Below, piece by piece: positions 56,878 through 64,000 of a stretch of DNA of 64,000 bases. Source of the stretch: Glycera tridactyla (Eukaryota). The stretch covers positions 24,118,001-24,182,000 of the forward strand of contig OZ286466.1 of the NCBI GenBank assembly GCA_965644265.1. Direction: 5' to 3'. The translations under genes and the position numbers were made by a program. Within the stretch, counting starts at the first letter, position 1. Every line of letters starts with the position of its first letter. Below the pieces are notes generated by a model. The model ran no database searches. It was given only the letters and a program-made list of their open reading frames with translations, and was not told where the DNA came from.

Positions 56878-58689
56878 CCCGACACTCAAAGAGGGGCAGA
56901 ATCCTACTCCTAAGGGACTTCAATGCCCTAAAAGGTGACTTAAAATAATACATCCCTTTTTGATGATAGCCCCAATTGACTGGTCAGTTTCGTTGAGTGT
57001 TCATTGATCGAAATGTACCTAACGGTCATAGCCCACTTGAATAGGTTTCGTTTAACATAGTAAAATGACTGTTTAGATGCGTCCTCAACGAAAAAGGGTA
57101 ACGCAAGACCATTTTATCAACCCCTTGCAGCCAGTGTGATAGATCATGCAATTGCCCAAGTAGTTTCATTTTCTACAATTGCATAATTGCTGGTCAGCCC
57201 ACTCATCTCAGCCCACTCATTATTCTCAGAATTTGATGCATCCCAAACCATATGCGAGATGTGACCATCACTGGAATCAAATGAGTATTGAAACTAGGAA
57301 TCAAATCACTAAATCAGCTTTTTGAACAGCATATAATCACTTGCTCTAGACTTATAGTGGATCAAGTGCATTCCCCAATTGTTTTTATCTTGAACACATT
57401 CCGGTATCTTTGCGATGGAGTCTCGTGGCTGCTTTCTGTGTCAGAAACATGAAGTACATCCTGTGTATGATAATGTGGGAACGTTTTTTGGAAATCATCA
57501 TGTCTTTTTACAAAGAAAGCCCATGTAAACATTAGATCTACCCACTCGAATATCCAGCCATCGACCTTTCTTACTTTCAACCTGCAAACAAACAGAATGT
57601 ATTTTGTTAACAACATTCAAACCTTCATTCTTGCATAACCAAAAGAACAGATTATAAAGGCACAGGCTGCAGTTAACGAAGACCTCAGGCCTAATATTAG
57701 GCCTATTCAACTAGTCAGTTTCTTTGAGTACGGGGGGTTCGTTGAGTGCGTTTTGTATCCAGATGGTGCGTTAACGCTTCTTCCTTGTGTACAATCTCAA
57801 AGGTCATTTGACTTTGTTGAACTTGTTAAACGAGACCTATTCAGATGGGATACGACTGTCAAGTACAGTTCTGCAATGGACACTCATCAGAAACCAACCA
57901 GTCAAATAGGCCTTTTATTCTCATGATCATTTGTTGTTTTGTTTATCTATATTCTCTGTTCTCTAAATACATAGTTTTGAATCTTGTATGTCAACTTACT
58001 TACCTGTGGCCTCATAATCAAAATAGAGGAAATATCACTGGCAAATTACCTGAATAACTGAAACCTCGAGCAACCACGGATGAGAGTAAACACTGGATCT
58101 CCACAAACATCTTCCATATAAGGATCTTCCCTAACAGGACCCATAAAGGGGTAGTAGAGGGCCAGGCCACCAGTAACATCAGGACTCCTCCACACCAGCA
58201 TATTAGGCCTGCTCCTCTTCTTGGCCCACATAAATGACCGCCCTGACTGTGTCAAGACCTTTACAACAAGCCTGTGAAGTTGTAGCCTAGTTCATCTTTG
58301 ATCAGAGTTGCCTTTTGTAGCTATGAATATATGCATTCAGCTGAAAACATGCTCTCGATAGCAGGCTGTTTCCATCGCCTGCCCACATGTTTCACCTGAA
58401 GTGCTCCAGACATGGACAAAGTAGCTGATCTTGCAAGCTGACCTTCTGCACACAAAATATAAATACACTTGTCCTGCATAGTGAGGTGAATAAAATTGGG
58501 GCATGTATGCTAGGGCTAAACCGATATCTGCTGCCTGAGGGTCTCAAAACTCCCACACTCCTTCAGAAAATGATCTTCATCCCCCACAGCATCACGCTGA
58601 TACTTAACTAGCCTGACAAGATACACAAATGTTGTGGCCAGGGGCTATCTTGGCAGCTACTATTCAACCAACATCTACTGACTTGGGGT

Positions 58690-60040
58690 CTCAGAACTCC
58701 CACATACTATCAGAAAGTGATATTCCTCCCCACAGCATCTAGCTGCCTTAAGGCTTCAAATTCCCACATGCTATCAGAAAGTGATATTCATCCCCACAGC
58801 ATCTAGCTGCCTGAAGGCCTCATTTTCCCACATACTATCAGAAAGTGATATTCATCCCCACAGCATCCCGCTGCCTTGAGGCTTCAAACTCCCACATACT
58901 ATCAGAAAGTGATATTCATCCCCATAGCATCTAGCTGCCTGAAGGCCTCAAACTCCCACATACTATCAGGAAGTGATATTCATCCCCACAGCATCCCGCT
59001 GCCTTGAGGCTTCAAATTCCCACATACTATCAGAAAGTGATATTCATCCCCATAGCATCTAGCTGCCTGAAGACCTCAAACTCCCACATACTATCAGGAA
59101 GTGATATTCATCCCCACAGCATCCCGCTGCCTTGAGGCTTCAAATTCCCACATACTATCAGAAAGTGATATTCATCCCCATAGCATCTAGCTGCCTGAAG
59201 ACCTCAAACTCCCACATACTATCAGGAAGTGATATTCATCCCCACAGCATCCCGCTGCTATGAGGCTTCAAATTCCAACATACTATCAGAAAGTGTTATT
59301 CCTCTCCACAGCATCTAGCTGCCTTAAGGCTTCAAATTCCCACATACTATCAGAAAGTGATATTCATCCCCACAGCATCCCGCTGCCTTTAGGCTTCAAA
59401 CTCCCACATACTATCAGAAAGTGATATTCATCCCCATAGCATCTAGCTGCCTGAAGGCCTCAAACTTCCACATACTATCAGAAAGTGATATTCATCCCCA
59501 CAGCATCTAGCTGCCTTGAGGCTTCAAATTCCCACATACTATCAGAAAGTGATATTCATCCCCATAGCATCTAGCTGCCTGAAGGCCTCAAACTCTCACA
59601 TACTATCAGGAAGTGATATTCATCCCCACAGCATCCCGCTGCTATGAGGCTTCAAATTCCAACATACTATCAGAAAGTGTTATTCCTCTCCACAGCATCT
59701 AGCTGCCTTAAGGCTTCAAATTCCCACATACTATCAGAAAGTGATATTCATCCCCACAGCATCCTGCTGCCTTGAGGCTTCAAATTCCCACATACTATCA
59801 GAAAGTGATATTCATCCCCACAGCATCTAGCTGCCTGAAGGCCTCAATTTCCCACATACTATCAGAAAGTGATATTCATCCCCACAGCAAGTAGCTGCCT
59901 GAAGGCCTCAAACTCCCACATACTATCAGAGAGTGATATTCATCCCCACAGCATCCCGGTGGTACTCAACCAATATTTACTGTCTTAGGTTCTCAAAACT
60001 TCCACATTCTGTCTGAAAGTGATATTCATCCCCACAGCAG
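58690..60040 (-). repeat. 64-bp minisatellite, right arm (about 21 units, inverted)
   Basis: Reverse complement of the 54086-55400 unit. Confidence 0.95.
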
Positions 60041-61390
60041 CCTTGCGAAACTCTGTACTCAAATTGCAGGACCTCACCTCTAGCTAGCACAAATTGTCAG
60101 GTGACCATTACCTGAGTATGGCAGTTGCTACTGTTAATGCATGGATACTGCTGAAATAGTTATTTTGAATGGGATAGTGTAGGGCTGTAGTGTATTTGAT
60201 AAGGCTGTTATAAATAATTTTGACTTGAATTGAATCTAATTGTTCATGTCTTATAATAGCCCACATAGCATTCTGTATCTTGACAGTAAACAAAGATGGT
60301 TGTATCTCCTGAAACATCTACTGGGCCCTTAAAAATGTTATCGCTCCATCTGGGCTGTTCATATCCCATCACAGAATGGGTCTGTGTGTGAAGGTTTCAT
60401 ACAACAAAGATGGGATTTTTGACATCAAGCAAACAACACCAAGATTTTCATTTATTTTCAATCAATCAGCTTGCAGTTCGCCATTTACTGCTGAGCAGAA
60501 GCCACTTCCGTTCTCACGTATCTTGAAATGCTCATTTTTGTTCACTTCATCTTAAATGGATTGAATTTATGACATAATGATGGGTTGACAGCACACATTT
60601 GTGAGTTATGGAGAACGAGTATGTATTTCTCTATGTTGTCAGCTAGATGTCGACTTTCAAAACGATCTTAATTTGATTTCTAGGAGCAAAAATGTGCGAT
60701 GTTTACTTGGAAACGCCGCCGCCGCCGGCCGGGAGTTGCGCAACTTCTTCTCTCTCTCTACTCTACTCGCGCGTCACCTCGAGCTGTCAGCTACCGGCCG
60801 ATCTCGCATCGCGCGACTGTGGATACGCCGCATGACCAGCTATCCTGTCGAGTAGCACTTGTGTTCAATATGGATAAAAAACCAGCGACAGCCTGTGTCA
60901 TGCGCAGCATATGTGGCAGATTTGACCTCACTTAGTGATTCAACATGCATACACCCATCATTGCGCTATGGTGTCAGATGTGGGATGTGGAACAAAGGAC
61001 AGACAATAACATGTGGTAGCCATGACAGGAAGTGTGTATTGAGCACGTGCAGTAATTATGAGACATAACACTAGGTGGCAGTATCGGTTCATCATAGATC
61101 CTCTAGATGGCGATCTCACATATCACAGCCAGTTGCAAGGGACAAAGCTTTCCCCATGCAGCTCAAGAAATTGACAAGATGTTAGCCAAATAGCTAAAAG
61201 AAATTTGGTGCAAATGTAGGTAGGACCATATACACTCATGAAGCTCATGTAGTGATGATGAATTTGTATTCTCTACATATGATGCAAGCAGATTTCTCAT
61301 ATCTGGAACTTTATACACCAGTTTGAAATAAACGTGACCAGCTGGACCGTGTTAAACACGGGAAGGAGATGAAAGCGCACATACCCCCCT

Positions 61391-61441
<51 letters not shown>

Positions 61442-61672
61442 GCCCATGATATTGCATTGATGACATCATTGATGACTGTATCATTTAAAAGTGTTAGTTT
61501 CATACTCTGGAAATCCATGAGAACACAGATAGGACACTCAGGTGTTTTCTATAATATATTTGACTTTTATAAAAATATGATAAATCAGGATAAACCCATA
61601 TTTGGGAATAAGAGTCTGACCAGCAGAGATAGCGAGAATGTCTACTGGCGATACATTTTTGTTCCGATGTGA

Positions 61673-61779
61673 TCAGTTGCTGTCACTGTCATCGGGTTCC
61701 TGTCTCTCCACGTCCTCTTTGATCAGCGCATTCTCTTGCCCGCATTCCATCAGCATTTCACCGATCTTGTCTTTTTCTT
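61673..61779 (-). CDS. POP5: POP5 last coding exon
   Basis: ttttgtag|(E)EKDKIGEMLMECGQENALIKEDVERQEPDDSDSN*; acidic tail as in animal POP5; phase 1. Confidence 0.85.
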
Positions 61780-62372
61780 CTACAAAAGAGGAAAAAGCAA
61801 TGGGTAATACCTTGAGTATTTACCACCGAACCGTCTCAAAATTATGTGTTCATTGATGCCCACTCTTCTTTTGATTACTTCATGTGTTATACTTTCCATA
61901 TATAGTGAAACCAGCGAGGAGAGACCATCCTAAATGTCACTAAAAAGTGGTCTCTCCATAGAGGTGGTCTCTCCTCGGAGGTATATCTAACTGTATCAAA
62001 TAGAAATGCTGCCCTGTCGGAGGTGGTCTCGTGTCACAGGTTTCGCTCTGGCACTCCATGTTTTAGATGCTGCTCACAAGATTTGTCTCAAACTTGTCAA
62101 CTCCATGACATGTCATTATCCTTATTCAGTAATTTTTTCTTACATCAAATCATCATCTGATACCACCAATATACCAGAAGGTGACCCACCAAGATTACAT
62201 TTTGTGACATCAGATTCCCAAACTCAAAATTCAGAAACTTTTGAATTACACTCAATTAGAGAGCTGTTAGGTCAATTTCGAAGATGCAGTATGAAATTAC
62301 AGTTAAAGGTAAACCGCAGGTTAGGCGAAATTTGCTTACAAGATAATTAATTCTCCCTTGAGGATTACTCAC

Positions 62373-62456
62373 CTTTAGTTTTGCATTGTTTATACATGAT
62401 GGCTAGCTGCTCCCGCTGGTACTTCAGTAAATATTTCTGGCACTGACGAATAGTTC
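62373..62456 (-). CDS. POP5: POP5 penultimate coding exon
   Basis: gcag|(G)TIRQCQKYLLKYQREQLAIMYKQCKTK|gtgag; cf. human GTIRTCQKFLIQYNRRQL. Confidence 0.92.
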
Positions 62457-62701
62457 CTGCAACAACAAATTTGTCACATTCTAGTTACACAAATGGATTT
62501 TGAAAGACCTGTCACAAGTTTTCTGCTCTACCGGGATCGCTAGATTCAATGCCATGCAAAGAAACTCACTTGACTGGGGGAATGATAGAGCAAAAAAAAT
62601 ACAGTGCAACTACAGCATCTGCATTATCCAATTCCAATAAGAGTTTTATAATAATTGTGATTAGCAAATTGACAGATAAAGATGATTGAGTCATTTCTTA
62701 C

Positions 62702-62839
62702 CTCCTAAATGAAGAGTTTTGAAACTCAAAGGGATCTGTGATACTGCTGTGATGAAGGGTAAGCTGGTTGTTAGGATCTTGTGATGACCCCGCCTCGCCC
62801 GGATCAGAACTATCTTGGTTTTGATGTTCACATACCGAA
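62702..62839 (-). CDS. POP5: POP5 internal exon (upstream exons lie beyond the window or were not found)
   Basis: ttcag|(V)RYVNIKTKIVLIRARRGHHKILTTSLPFIT...FKTLHLG|gtaag; cf. human VRYLNAYTGIVLLRCR..SALPFIT..FNTLHVG. Confidence 0.92.
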
Positions 62840-63033
62840 CTGAAACAAACAAACAGAATAAAATCAGTCACAATCAAGAGATTATTTCCCATAGAAATTT
62901 CTCCAGAAGCTAGGGATTCATCAAAGAGGTCCAAAATTGTAAACAAAACACCCATTGCTAATGACCAAGAAACCAATGGATGTAGTTCAGTGTGATATAC
63001 TGGTGAGAATCAGTAGGCTCTGTACAACTGATG

Positions 63034-63224
63034 CAGGGCTTGACATTGAGGGCTGCCCTATTGCCCGGGGCAAGTAAAATTTGTGTTTGGGCAAGTGAAT
63101 CAATCAGGAACATTTGTATTCATCAAATAAGTGGGGCAAGTACCTTTTTCTGTTTGGGCAAGTTCATCTCAATTAGCACTTGCCTGTAGGGCAAGTAATC
63201 CAGAGACCATAGCGTCAAGCCCTC
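63034..63224. mobile_element. hAT-like MITE
   Basis: CAGGGCTTGAC / GTCAAGCCCT; flanking TGATG duplication (5-6 bp); GGGCAAGT subterminal repeats. Confidence 0.7.
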
Positions 63225-63610
63225 TGATGATTGCAGGGTTGCATCCTATACCCCCATAATTTGGGGCATTTGACCCTTGAAGTGTGGGGCAATTCTTGAC
63301 ATAATACTCCATGACGACTTTACTCAAGATCTTCTCAACAATTTAGGGACATTTGTGGCTCCTTATTGCCCCCAAAAATGTGTGAATTGCACTAAAGTAC
63401 CAGATGCAATACCCTGACTCGTTATATATCAAACCAACTGATGATTGGTTAGAATCAGAGTATGTATGTATCCTCAAGAGTACAGTCAAACCTGTCCTAT
63501 GCATAAAGCCATGGAAAGTCGGAAAGAACTGCAATACCCAATCTTTGTTTTTCGAATTGTACAATGGGTGAATTGGAACCAGCAATGGACAAGCTAGTAA
63601 TGTGTAATTA

Positions 63611-63784
63611 CAGTCGAACCTCCTTTGAAGACCACCTCTCTATAAGGTCCACCTCTATAAAGGCCACCCTGAGCTGCAACTGTGGCAGTGTTTTCAATAG
63701 TAAATGAACTTTCTATAAAGACCGCTTCCCTATAAAGATCACTTTTTGATGCCACCCGAGGCGGTCTTTATAGATATTCGATTG
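63611..63784. mobile_element. Tigger/pogo-like MITE
   Basis: TA-CAGTCGAA...TTCGATTG-TA, AAGACCACCTCTCTATAA repeats. Confidence 0.75.
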
Positions 63785-64000
63785 TATATGCACCTGTGAT
63801 AAGCAAGCTTTTTTTCAGGATGCTTTTCTGAAATTTCTTCACAAATGTACCGATGTCCAGTGAGCCTCAGTTTTCAGAGACCAATTTTGAAGAATTTGAG
63901 TTGCATGCTCATCACAGGATCAAAATCAACATATTCTATTTTCAGAGATCAGTAACCTTTTGGGCACTCAACCTCAAAATGACTGCCTATTCATGATTTA

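Larger units (their letters stand above)
53359..60821. mobile_element. Non-autonomous foldback-type DNA transposon (P- or hAT-like ends)
   Basis: 89-bp perfect TIR (53359-53447 / 60733-60821) starting CACAG; 8-bp TSD GATACGCC (53351-53358, 60822-60829); inner inverted arms 53785-55831 / 58268-60245; no transposase seen. Confidence 0.9.

Noticed and set aside
62698-62976. 92-aa minus-strand ORF from the track
   Set aside because: Wrong frame; the POP5 exon 62702-62839 is read in another frame with matching splice phases.

Overview
Eukaryotic (animal, probably spiralian invertebrate) genomic DNA, repeat-rich, with three N-gaps. It holds two host genes in tail-to-tail orientation. One is a complete 7-exon fructosamine/ketosamine-3-kinase (FN3K family) gene on + (33208-50121, 310 aa, reconstructed by hand with GT-AG junctions in consistent phase). 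The other is the last three coding exons of POP5 (RNase P/MRP subunit) on - (61673-62839). The mobile elements are: (1) a very young Ty3/Gypsy LTR retrotransposon (8013-17982) with LTRs that appear identical, a CCTG TSD, gag and pol in one frame separated by a single UAG, an out-of-frame chromodomain-like tail, and a small membrane-protein ORF3 that can be spliced in frame to the gag N-terminus; (2) a near full-length, decayed I/Nimb-clade LINE on - (about 22311-28200) with a minimal type-I hammerhead ribozyme upstream of ORF1; (3) a 7.46-kb non-coding foldback-type DNA element (53359-60821) with 89-bp perfect TIRs, an 8-bp TSD and inverted arms carrying 64-bp minisatellites derived from a LINE zinc-knuckle; (4) many short retroposons, MITEs and LINE remnants. 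The most unusual feature is a 6.2-kb minisatellite in FN3K intron 4 built from about 115 copies of the exon 4 3' end plus its splice donor. All calls come from manual reading, translation and motif recognition. No database search or folding program was run.
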